Assembly: GCA_046729855.1 (NCBI GenBank)
Contig: JBKPHM010000047.1
Span: 1,605-65,604 of the forward strand
Length of the DNA: 64,000 bases
Source of the DNA: Actinomycetota bacterium
GTDB lineage: Bacteria; Actinomycetota; UBA4738; HRBIN12
Direction: 5' to 3'
The notes beneath the pieces were generated by a model. That model searched no databases, had not been told where the DNA came from, and saw only the letters and a list, made by a program, of their open reading frames with translations. The position numbers and the translations under genes were made by a program. Numbering within the stretch: position 1 is the stretch's first letter; every line of letters starts with the position of its first letter. Below are positions 21,394 through 29,360 of the stretch, one piece after another.

Positions 21394-22806
21394 CTACGAC
21401 TCGGGCGGTGCCGACCCACTCGGCACGCGGACCCCGAGCGAAACCGCGTACCCCGCGACCCCCTCGCGGCCTAGCGAGTACGACGCGAAGGCGGGGACGA
21501 AGGTTCCGGTCGACGCGACCGCGAGCACGGCGGACCGCGGCTTTCGTTCCAGGAACTCGCGCGGGGCATTGATCGTGCGGCCCGCGGGGATCGTGACCTC
21601 GATCGGCTTCGGCGGCGGCTCGGTCCCGGACGGCAGGAACGACAGGGTCACATCGGCCGGGTCGTCGCCCGGGTTCGCGAGCGCGAGTCCGGGCTTCGAG
21701 GGACCAGCGGCGACGGCGGGAAGCAGCACCCAGGCCCCGTCCGGAGCCTCCGCGGCGACGGTCGACCCCTGGTCGGACGAGACGCCGAACGTGCGCCGAG
21801 CGAAGGCGACGCTTGGGGGCGCGGTCACGTCGACCGTCGACGGCCCCTCGGTCGTGAACTGGTAGGCGGTCGATGACGCGGCGGCGGGCGGCGTCCCGCG
21901 GATCGCCCTCAGGTCGACCTCGAGGGACGCGGTGACGTCGCGATCGAACAGCGATCCGGTCACGTCGGCGTCCACGTCGAGCGTGTTCATCACGAAGAGG
22001 TCGCTTCGGCCCTGATCGAAGGACGCGGGGAGGATCGATCGGCCGGTCGCCTCCGGCTGGCCGATCGTGCTCCTGGCTCCGCCGTCGCTCGACAGCCCGA
22101 GCGTGGCCGCGGCCACGCGGCCCCCGGGCACGTCGAGCAGCGTGCCCACCGCCTCGTAGCCCTCGGCGTTCTGGTTCAGATGGAACGCCTCGGCGCGGAA
22201 GGGCTTGATCGGGACGTTCGTCCACGCGCCGATCCGGATCGGCGGGCCGCCCTCGACGAACAGCGAGAGCGAGACGACCGCGGTTTCCGAGAAGGGGTTC
22301 ATCACGACGAGCCACGCGTCGTCGCTCTCCATCGTGGCCGCGTCGGGCAGGTACCAGCGGCGCGACGGCGCGTCCGCGCACGGCTCCGCGGCCACGCCGG
22401 AGTCGTCGCCGCCCGCGTGCGCGACCCACCCGGCCGCGATCCATCCCCCGAAGAACTCGACGAACGTGCCAGAGCCCCGGTCGTTCGCCCGGAACGGTAC
22501 CTGTAACTGCGCCCCGGCGGGGACGGTGAGAGGCTCGCCGCCCGCGGGCCTGCGGGTCGACAGATGCGTGACGCGCACGTCAACCGGCTCGCGTCCGGGG
22601 TTCGCCAGCTCGAGCGTGACCTCCCACCCCGGCCCACCCCCGTGCGGGCAGAACCACGCACCGGACGGCGCGCCCACGGCCCGCGCGGTGTCGGGCGCCG
22701 CCGGGCCGGCCGCCTCGACGTACGAGCCGGCGGCGAGCACCGACGCAAGCACCGAGATGGCGGCGACCAGCTGCCCCCGGGTTCGTGTCGCGCGCTGCGA
22801 GCTCAT
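21394..22806 (-). CDS. Secreted hypothetical protein (DUF5719-like partner of the large GT2)
   Basis: ATG 22806 overlaps the GT2 stop (ATGA). Signal-like N-terminus MSSQRATRTRGQLVAAISVLASVLAAGSYVEA. 470 aa. The family assignment is from memory of the GT2+DUF5719 pairing. Confidence 0.6.
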   Translation of the reverse strand: MSSQRATRTRGQLVAAISVLASVLAAGSYVEAAGPAAPDTARAVGAPSGAWFCPHGGGPGWEVTLELANPGREPVDVRVTHLSTRRPAGGEPLTVPAGAQLQVPFRANDRGSGTFVEFFGGWIAAGWVAHAGGDDSGVAAEPCADAPSRRWYLPDAATMESDDAWLVVMNPFSETAVVSLSLFVEGGPPIRIGAWTNVPIKPFRAEAFHLNQNAEGYEAVGTLLDVPGGRVAAATLGLSSDGGARSTIGQPEATGRSILPASFDQGRSDLFVMNTLDVDADVTGSLFDRDVTASLEVDLRAIRGTPPAAASSTAYQFTTEGPSTVDVTAPPSVAFARRTFGVSSDQGSTVAAEAPDGAWVLLPAVAAGPSKPGLALANPGDDPADVTLSFLPSGTEPPPKPIEVTIPAGRTINAPREFLERKPRSAVLAVASTGTFVPAFASYSLGREGVAGYAVSLGVRVPSGSAPPES

Positions 22807-25800
22807 CGGGAGACGGGCCTCCGCGTGATCCACAGGACGGCGAGCCACAGGGCGGCCAGGACGGCGATCTCCGTCGTGCGGATCCACTGCTCATCGAACC
22901 GCAGCTCGGTGGTGCCGGGCGGCGAGCCGAGCGCCCAGCCGAACGCCCGGAACGGCTCCAGCTCAGGCGGCTCGGCGGTCCACCCGGCGTCGAACTCGGT
23001 CGAGACGAACAGCGTGCCGCCGCTCCCGTCCGTCGTCCACCCGGCGGGGAGCGGCTCGGCCTCGTTCACATCGACGCCCGGCAGGCGCGCGATCGCCGAG
23101 GGATCCGCGGTCCGAGCCGTCTGGGCGAACGCGGGGTCGTCCGTGCTCAGCCCGATCGGGAGGGCGCGCGCATTGCGGAACACCACGAGCCCACCCGCCG
23201 GCACGAGGTCGAGGTCGAGCTGGGCGTCCAGCCTCGAACGCACTGGCGGCGGCAGCTCGCCGACGCCGGCGACGAGGAACCGGATCCCGAACGGCCCCAG
23301 GAGAGTGCCGCCGTGGCTGGTCGACCCGGCGACGATCTCCGTGAGCGCCCGCCGGAGGGAGCCGTATCCCCCGCCGGCTGCCCCACGGCCGATGTCGAGT
23401 GCCGACGCGCCGTCGCGGTCCCCCAGCGCGAACGCGACCGAGGCCTCCCCGGCTTCGACCACGCCCTGCGGGTCGCCGCCCGGCGCCGGGAAGCGGTCGC
23501 CGTCGGGCGCGCCCAGCCAGAGGACGCGGAACTCCCCGGGCGTCGTCGCGACCGCCGGCCACGAGGACGGGAGCGCGTTCGAGCCGATCTCCCACGTCCC
23601 GAGCGCGATACCGAGAACCTGTGCGACGCCGCCGCCCACCAGCACGAGCGAGACGACGAACGCGGCGATCTGGCGGTAGCCGAAGGCCTGCCGGCCGATC
23701 CCGGTGGCGAGCGTTGCGAGCCCGAGCGCCAGCACCGTTGCCTCGGCGACCGCGGCGGCCGCGAGGTAGACGGGCGCGTTCGACAGCGCGTCAGGCAGGT
23801 AGCCGGCTGCCGACCCCCACGCGAGGAACAGCGCGGCGGCTGCGACCGTGAGGTTCCGCCACGCGCGCCGTGCGTGATCTCGGCCCACGACGCTGAACGC
23901 GATCAGGGCGGCGACGGGGAGGAACCACGAGACCACCCAGGCGCCCTGCCCGGTCCCCGGCGCGAGCCGCGTGAGGTGCCAGAAATCGGTCGTGCCGATG
24001 TGCGAACCCAGCGCCGCCGCCGGGTCCCGCACGAGGTCCGGCACCACCGGGAACACGAGCGCCGCGGCGACCAGCGCCCCGGCGGCCGCGAGGATCGTCC
24101 CGCGCGAACGCCTCGGCCCGAAGACGAACGTCGCCGCGGCGAACAACGCGACGGCGACGGCGATGCCGGGCAGGAACGCCACGCCGACCGCGATCACGGC
24201 GCCGAGCGCGACGACCCATCGGAAGCGGTACGCCGGAGGATCGACGCCAAACGTCTGGTCCAGCCGATCCGCTACGAGCGGGAGCACGGCGATCGCGACG
24301 AGCATCGCGATGCGCCCCTGCGAGAAGGACCACAGCACGATGGCCGATACGACGTATGCGCCGGCCGAGACGGCGGCGACACTCCGCTCGCGCGTCTGGC
24401 GCGTGATCGCGCGGTACTGCAGCACGCCCGCGGCGATCGGCAGCAGCATCAGGAAGGCCTTCTGAGCAAACGCCGTCGACCCGGCGGCCGACACCGCACC
24501 GAGCACGGCGAGCGCCGGACTGGCGGCATGATCGCCCCCGAGAGCGGTCGTCCGCAGGCCCGACGCGAGCTCGTGGAAGAACGCCGACGCCGACGCGGGG
24601 AAGGCGGGAAGCGCTCCGCCCTCCAGCGGTCGAGGATCGATCAGCTCCAGGTACGCGAGCCCCGCTACCGCCAGACCGACCGTCCACGCGACCAGCGCCG
24701 GATGCTCTGCCGCGAGCGACGACGCCCGCCTGCGGATCGGGATGCGTTCGCGCTCATCCTCGAGCTGCTCCTCGAGGATTCGCTCGGCGGCCTGGAACCA
24801 CCTCGGCGCGCGAAACCACGTCGACTGCATGAATCGGCGGACGGTCCGGTCGCGAACCGATCGAACCGACTGCGCGCGAACGCGCCGGCGGATCGTCGAC
24901 GGCAGATGGACGAGGTTCCACGTCCACGCCGACGCGATCTCGTACGCGTCCTCGAACCGGCGCGACAGCGCGAAGAACAGGAGCCGGACGACGCCGGTGA
25001 CGACATGCAGCGGCAGCAGCCAGGCGAGCGACACGACGCTGTAGTTCTTGAGCATCGCTGCGAGCGCCGCGCGCTCCGCGTAGAACTGCGGCGTCCGGTG
25101 GCGCCGATCCTCGGGTCGCTCGCCGCGCGCCGTCGCGCCGCGGTGCCGCGCCTGCGCGAGCGGCGTCATCAGGACGCGAAACCCCGCGATCCTGGCCCGC
25201 CAGCAGAAGTCGAGATCGTCGTGATGACCGGACAGGCGTTCGTCGAACATGCCCGTCCGCTGCCACGCCTCGCGCGAGACGAGCATCGCGCACGACGACA
25301 CGTACAGCACCTCGAGGACCCGGTCGTACTGCCCCTGGTCCATCTCGCCGTCGACCAGCGGTGTGTACGGGTGGCCGAACGGGTCGGTGGACCGACCGAC
25401 CTCTCGCAGCATGCGCGGCTCGTCCCAGTCGACGACCTTGGGTCCCACGACGCCCACGCGTTCGACGCCCTCGATCCCTTCGGCCGCGTCGAGCATGCGG
25501 GCGACCGCGTCGGGCGCGAGCGCGGTGTCGTCGTGGACGATGAGCAGGTAGTCGGCCGCCGCCGCGACCGGCAGGTCGGCGACCGCACGGACGGCGTCGG
25601 CAGGCCCCGCGTCCTCGTCGACGGTGAGGACGCGCCCGGACCCGAGCGCCTGGCGGAGCAGCTCCGTCGAGCCGTCACGCGACGACGCGTCCACGGCGAC
25701 CACTGCGAGCCGCGGATGGGTCTGACGCGACAGCGACTGCAGCGACTCGCGCAGCCAGGCGATCCCGTCGTGGACGACGAGCACCGCGAGCACGGTCGGC

Positions 25801-25850
25801 ACCCGGACCGACTCGGGCGACGACGTTCGTTCGGGCGTGGACGTGACCAT
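22803..25850 (-). CDS. Large membrane glycosyltransferase, N-terminal GT2 domain plus polytopic C-terminal region
   Basis: GT2 motifs VLAVLVVHDG..., LLIVHDDTALAPDA and DDLDFCWRARIAGFRV, followed by about 700 aa with many TM segments. I prefer ATG 25850 because it follows hairpin 25894-25925 and GC3 is lower upstream. The alternative is GTG 25976 (GTGA overlap). Confidence 0.8.
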   Translation of the reverse strand: MVTSTPERTSSPESVRVPTVLAVLVVHDGIAWLRESLQSLSRQTHPRLAVVAVDASSRDGSTELLRQALGSGRVLTVDEDAGPADAVRAVADLPVAAAADYLLIVHDDTALAPDAVARMLDAAEGIEGVERVGVVGPKVVDWDEPRMLREVGRSTDPFGHPYTPLVDGEMDQGQYDRVLEVLYVSSCAMLVSREAWQRTGMFDERLSGHHDDLDFCWRARIAGFRVLMTPLAQARHRGATARGERPEDRRHRTPQFYAERAALAAMLKNYSVVSLAWLLPLHVVTGVVRLLFFALSRRFEDAYEIASAWTWNLVHLPSTIRRRVRAQSVRSVRDRTVRRFMQSTWFRAPRWFQAAERILEEQLEDERERIPIRRRASSLAAEHPALVAWTVGLAVAGLAYLELIDPRPLEGGALPAFPASASAFFHELASGLRTTALGGDHAASPALAVLGAVSAAGSTAFAQKAFLMLLPIAAGVLQYRAITRQTRERSVAAVSAGAYVVSAIVLWSFSQGRIAMLVAIAVLPLVADRLDQTFGVDPPAYRFRWVVALGAVIAVGVAFLPGIAVAVALFAAATFVFGPRRSRGTILAAAGALVAAALVFPVVPDLVRDPAAALGSHIGTTDFWHLTRLAPGTGQGAWVVSWFLPVAALIAFSVVGRDHARRAWRNLTVAAAALFLAWGSAAGYLPDALSNAPVYLAAAAVAEATVLALGLATLATGIGRQAFGYRQIAAFVVSLVLVGGGVAQVLGIALGTWEIGSNALPSSWPAVATTPGEFRVLWLGAPDGDRFPAPGGDPQGVVEAGEASVAFALGDRDGASALDIGRGAAGGGYGSLRRALTEIVAGSTSHGGTLLGPFGIRFLVAGVGELPPPVRSRLDAQLDLDLVPAGGLVVFRNARALPIGLSTDDPAFAQTARTADPSAIARLPGVDVNEAEPLPAGWTTDGSGGTLFVSTEFDAGWTAEPPELEPFRAFGWALGSPPGTTELRFDEQWIRTTEIAVLAALWLAVLWITRRPVSR

Positions 25851-25893
25851 TACGGGGGTGGCGGCGAGCGTAGCAGGTCGCGGCCCCACAACC

Positions 25894-25925
25894 GCGGAAG
25901 GGGGGCGCCAGGCCCCCCTTTCCGC
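25894..25925 (-). terminator. Strong GC hairpin downstream of the basic repeat gene (putative intrinsic terminator)
   Basis: 13-bp stem with one bulge and a 5-nt loop: GCGGAAGGGGGGC-GCCAG-GCCCCCC(T)TTCCGC. About 50 nt after the stop at 25973 and about 45 nt before ATG 25850. There is no clear U-tract. Confidence 0.45.
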
Positions 25926-25972
25926 ACGAGGTGGCGGCGTCCCGGACGGGCGTCCGCCGCCGTTCCCCTCGA

Positions 25973-26383
25973 TCACATGACCGCCGGCGAGCTCGCCGTC
26001 GACTTGCGTCTGGTCGACTTGCGCTTGGCCGGCGACTTGCGCTTGGCCGGCGACTTGCGCTTGGCCGTCGACTTCTTGGCGGTCGACTTCCGCTTGGCGG
26101 TCGTCTTGCGCTTCGCCGGCGACTTCCGCTTGGCGGTGGTCTTGCGCTTCGCGGTTGTCTTGCGCTTGGCGGTCGACTTCCGCTTGGCGGTCGTCTTGCG
26201 CTTGGCGGTCGACTTCCGCTTGGCGGTCGTCTTGCGCTTCGCGGTCGACTTCCGCTTGGCCGTCGACTTGCGCTTGGCTGTCGACTTCTTGGCCGCGGTC
26301 CTCCGAGCGGCGGGCTTACGCGCCGCCGTCTTCTTGGCCGCCGGCTTTCTCTTCGCGGTCGACCTCTTGGCTGCGGGAGACAT
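25973..26383 (-). CDS. Stand-alone Lys/Arg/Thr/Ala-rich repeat protein (histone H1-like / HupB-tail-like)
   Basis: 136 aa, 60 K/R, no D/E, 15 copies of (S/T)(T/P)AKRK. Minus-strand codons are GC3 (AAG, CGC, ACG, GCC), whereas the plus-strand frames use rare TTG. AGGGGG SD before ATG 26383, 20 nt after the whiB stop. Confidence 0.75.
   Translation of the reverse strand: MSPAAKRSTAKRKPAAKKTAARKPAARRTAAKKSTAKRKSTAKRKSTAKRKTTAKRKSTAKRKTTAKRKSTAKRKTTAKRKTTAKRKSPAKRKTTAKRKSTAKKSTAKRKSPAKRKSPAKRKSTRRKSTASSPAVM
25998..26294. repeat. Tandem 18-bp repeat array (about 16 units, two 15-bp variants)
   Basis: Units read GTCGACTT(G/C)CGCTTGGC(C/G) head-to-tail on the plus strand with conservative variation. 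They encode the xxAKRK hexapeptides. Confidence 0.95.
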
Positions 26384-26403
26384 CGGTCACCCCCTTTCCC
26401 CAG

Positions 26404-26631
26404 TCAGGACGCCATCCGCTTCAGGCGTCTCCGTTCCCGTTCGCTCATGCCACCCCACACGCCGTACCGCTCGTCGCGACGCAGCGCGTAGTTGAGGCAC
26501 TCGATGCGAACGGGGCAGTCCGCGCAGATCCGCTTCGCCTCCCTCGAGGATCCCCCCTTTTCGGGGAAGAAGATCTCGGGGTCGTGTTCCCGGCACCGCG
26601 CCCGTTCCTGCCACGGGATGTAGTGATGCAC
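26404..26631 (-). CDS. whiB: WhiB-family redox-sensing transcription factor (WhiB/WhiB2-like)
   Basis: WQERARCREHDPEIFFPEKGGSSREAKRICADCPVRIECLNYALRRDERYGVWGGMSERERRRLKR is near-identical in pattern to Streptomyces WhiB. GTG 26631 is preceded by GGAGGGGAG. GC3 drops sharply upstream of this start. 75 aa. Confidence 0.9.
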   Translation of the reverse strand: MHHYIPWQERARCREHDPEIFFPEKGGSSREAKRICADCPVRIECLNYALRRDERYGVWGGMSERERRRLKRMAS

Positions 26632-26644
26632 CGCTCTCTCCCCT

Positions 26645-26670
26645 CCAGAATCACACGCGTGTGATTCTGG
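26645..26670. promoter_or_regulatory. Perfect 26-bp palindrome in whiB leader abutting the SD
   Basis: CCAGAATCACACG|CGTGTGATTCTGG is fully self-complementary. On the minus strand its 3' end runs directly into GGAGGGGAG-N6-GTG of whiB. Confidence 0.5.
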
Positions 26671-26810
26671 GCCATCTCCCCCCGTCTTGACAAGAGGGGA
26701 TTTCTTGATCGCATGCACCTCCACCTCACGCACCGAACGACACGGTCTCCCCGCTAGATGGTCTACGGGATCTGTGGGGGTTTTCAAGACGTTTCGGCCG
26801 AAATATCCCC

Positions 26811-26848
26811 AGTCAAGTATCTTGACGGTAACTGTCAATCGGGTTGAC
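26811..26848. promoter_or_regulatory. Array of four alternating GTCAA/TTGAC motifs at about 10-12 bp spacing in the distal whiB upstream region
   Basis: GTCAAG-TAT-CTTGAC-GGTAACT-GTCAA-TCGGG-TTGAC. A further CTTGACAAG sits at 26686-26694. Confidence 0.35.
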
Positions 26849-26868
26849 GTATTCGGGGGTTCCCTAGG

Positions 26869-29340
26869 TCATTCGAGCGATGCTGAGGCGCGGACGACGC
26901 GTTCGTAGGTCGTCGTTCGCTCGACCGGAACACGACCGATCGCGCGGATCGCAGCCTCGATTTCCACAGGCTCCATGCGGATCCCCCACGTCGCGCCCGC
27001 CATGCGGCTGATCGTCTCCTCCATCAGCGTGCCGCCGAGATCGTTCGCACCGCCGTTCAGGATCGCCTGCGAGGCCTCGACACCGAGCTTGACCCACGAC
27101 ACCTGTACGTTGTGGATAAGTCCGTTGAGCAGCAGCCGCGCGACGGCGTGCATCCGTCGGCTCTCGTCGAACGTCGGACCGGGTCGCGACTTCCCCGCGA
27201 GGTAGATCGGCGAGTTGTGGTGCACAAACGGAAGTGGCACGAACTCCGTGAAGCCACCGGTGTCGCGCTGGATCGCCGAGATGCGCCGGATGTGGAAAAC
27301 CCAGTGCCGCGGCGCGTCGACGTGACCGAACATGATCGTCGAGGACGACCGCAGGCCTACGTCGTGGGCAGTGCGGACGATCTCCTCCCAGGTGTCGGCG
27401 GGGAGCTTGCCCTTTGTCAGCATCCACCGGACGTCGTCGTCGAGGATCTCCGCAGCGGTTCCGGGTATCGTTCCCAGGCCGCGCCGGCGGCACTCCTGGA
27501 GGAACTCGCGGAACGAGATCCCCAGCTTTGTCGCGCCGTTCAGGATCTCCATCGGGCTGAACGCGTGGATGTGGATCTCGGGCACGCGCGCCTTCACCGC
27601 GTCCAGGAGTTCGAAGTAGAACGAGCCGGGCAGGTCGGGATGGATCCCGCCCTGCATGCATACCTCGGTGGCGCCGTACGCCCACGCCTCCTCCGTCCGG
27701 TCGCCGACCTCTTTGAGGGTGAGCGTGTACGACTCGGGGTCGACCTCCCGCTGGGCGAACGCGCAGAACCGGCACCCGACGTAGCAGACGTTGGTGAAGT
27801 TGATGTTGCGGTTCACCACGTAGGTGATCTCGTCCCCAACGGTGTCGCGCCGGAGGTCGTCGGCGACCCGGCACAGGGCCTCGAGCGCAGGACCCTCGGC
27901 CGCGAACAGCGCGAGCGCCTCAGCGTCGGACAGCGGCCGCCTCGCCTCCGCCGCCCGTAGGGCAGCGGACACGTCCGCGGGGAGCGGCGCCGGCGTGGCG
28001 GGCGCGGGTGTGGGCGCGAGCGCTTCGAGGTCCCCGTACACCGCCGCCGCGTCGCGCCGCAGCCCAGCGTCCGCGCCCTTGGCGAACGTGAGGGCCGTCC
28101 GCCTGGGCTTCCAGTGCACGTCGGGGTCCTGCCAGGGCGTGGGCTCCGGGATTCGGCCCTCGGCCGCCAGCCCGTCGTCCGCCATCAGGCGTTCCACGGC
28201 CCGGCGCATCTTCCCGGCCAGGTACGGGTCGGGACGCAGGGCGAACGACGGATGGACCGTCAGCCGCTCGCGGAGGCGGAGGCCGCGTTCGGCGGTCCTC
28301 ATAGAAAGGACGTCGATCGCCGGCCACGGCTTCTCTGGGTTCACGTGGTCCGGTGTCAGGGGCGAGACGCCGCCCCAGTCGTCGATCCCCGCGCCGAGCA
28401 GCCGCGACTGCATCTGTGGGTCGGAGAGGTTCGGCGGTGCCTGGACGCTGATTGAGGGCCCGAACAGGACCCGCGTGGTCGCGACCGCCGCCAGGTAGGT
28501 CCCGTCGTCGGGCTCGGGCGCCGAGGCCATCGCCGTGCCGGGCTTGGCCCGAAAGTTCTGGACGATGATCTCCTGGACGTGCCCGTACCGGCGATGGATC
28601 TCCCGGATCGCGAGCAGCGAGGCCGCGCGCTCGCGGGCCGTCTCGCCGATCCCGACCAGGATGCCGGTCGTGAACGGAACGGCGTGCCGCCCGGCGTCCT
28701 CGATCGTCCGCAGCCTGACGGACGGAAGCTTGTCGGGGGATCCGAAGTGGGGGCCGCCCCGTTCGCAGAGCCGCTCGGACGAGGTCTCGAGCATCAGCCC
28801 CATCGACGCCGAGACGTGCTTCAGGCGCGCGATCTCCTCCCATGACATCACGCCGGGGTTCAGGTGGGGCAGCAGGCCCGTCCGCTCGATCACGTGGATC
28901 GCCGAGGCCCGCACGTAGTCGAGCGTCGAGGCGAACCCGCGCTCCTCGAGCCACGCGCGCGCGGCCGGGTAGCGGTCCTCCGGCCGGTCGCCGAGCGTGA
29001 ACAGCGCCTCTTTGCACCCGAGCCGCCGACCCGCCTCCGCGATCGCCACGACCTCGTCGGGAGACAGGTACGGCGATCCGAGGCGCGCGGGCGGCTTGGC
29101 GAAGGTGCAGTAGTGGCAGCGGTCCCGGCAAAGCATGGTGAGCGGGATGAAGACCTTGCGGGAGTACGTCACGTCGTCGCCGTGGCTCAGACGGGCGAGG
29201 CGCCACGCGATCCGCATCAGGCGATCGAGATCCTCGCCACGCGCGGTGAGCAACGCGGTGGCTTCATCGAGCGACAGCGCCTTGCCGGCCTCCGCTCGGA
29301 CGAGCGCCCGGCGGACCTGCGGGGCCGTCGCCTCGGGCAT
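26869..29340 (-). CDS. fbiC: FO synthase (7,8-didemethyl-8-hydroxy-5-deazariboflavin synthase), fused CofG/CofH
   Basis: 823 aa with two radical-SAM motifs ([10 protein letters not shown] and [10 protein letters not shown]) and CofG/CofH-like sequence throughout. Confidence 0.97.
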   Translation of the reverse strand: MPEATAPQVRRALVRAEAGKALSLDEATALLTARGEDLDRLMRIAWRLARLSHGDDVTYSRKVFIPLTMLCRDRCHYCTFAKPPARLGSPYLSPDEVVAIAEAGRRLGCKEALFTLGDRPEDRYPAARAWLEERGFASTLDYVRASAIHVIERTGLLPHLNPGVMSWEEIARLKHVSASMGLMLETSSERLCERGGPHFGSPDKLPSVRLRTIEDAGRHAVPFTTGILVGIGETARERAASLLAIREIHRRYGHVQEIIVQNFRAKPGTAMASAPEPDDGTYLAAVATTRVLFGPSISVQAPPNLSDPQMQSRLLGAGIDDWGGVSPLTPDHVNPEKPWPAIDVLSMRTAERGLRLRERLTVHPSFALRPDPYLAGKMRRAVERLMADDGLAAEGRIPEPTPWQDPDVHWKPRRTALTFAKGADAGLRRDAAAVYGDLEALAPTPAPATPAPLPADVSAALRAAEARRPLSDAEALALFAAEGPALEALCRVADDLRRDTVGDEITYVVNRNINFTNVCYVGCRFCAFAQREVDPESYTLTLKEVGDRTEEAWAYGATEVCMQGGIHPDLPGSFYFELLDAVKARVPEIHIHAFSPMEILNGATKLGISFREFLQECRRRGLGTIPGTAAEILDDDVRWMLTKGKLPADTWEEIVRTAHDVGLRSSSTIMFGHVDAPRHWVFHIRRISAIQRDTGGFTEFVPLPFVHHNSPIYLAGKSRPGPTFDESRRMHAVARLLLNGLIHNVQVSWVKLGVEASQAILNGGANDLGGTLMEETISRMAGATWGIRMEPVEIEAAIRAIGRVPVERTTTYERVVRASASLE

Positions 29341-29360
29341 GCGCGCGAGCCTACTACGCT

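Noticed and set aside
25998-26294. Regular short repeats that might be a CRISPR array or a non-coding minisatellite.
   Set aside because: The units are contiguous 18-mers with no spacers. They are a multiple of 3 and keep one reading frame, with GC3 codons and an SD-preceded ATG. This fits a coding repeat, not CRISPR.
22785-26495. Very long ORFs antisense to real genes: 22785..26495 + (1236 aa), 6339..9098 + (919 aa), 54066..57365 - (1099 aa), 51530..54211 + (893 aa), and the upstream part of 49083..52343 -.
   Set aside because: Typical stop-poor antisense frames in very GC-rich DNA. Their translations are Arg/Pro/Gly/Ala-rich low-complexity sequence with no motifs. The opposite strand carries unmistakable conserved proteins (GT2, SecA, Pat, Acs) with strong GC3 periodicity.
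26645-26670. CRP/Cmr-type site, because the palindrome contains TCACA and TGTGA.
   Set aside because: The half-site order is TCACA-N4-TGTGA, the reverse of the CRP consensus TGTGA-N6-TCACA, and the spacing differs.
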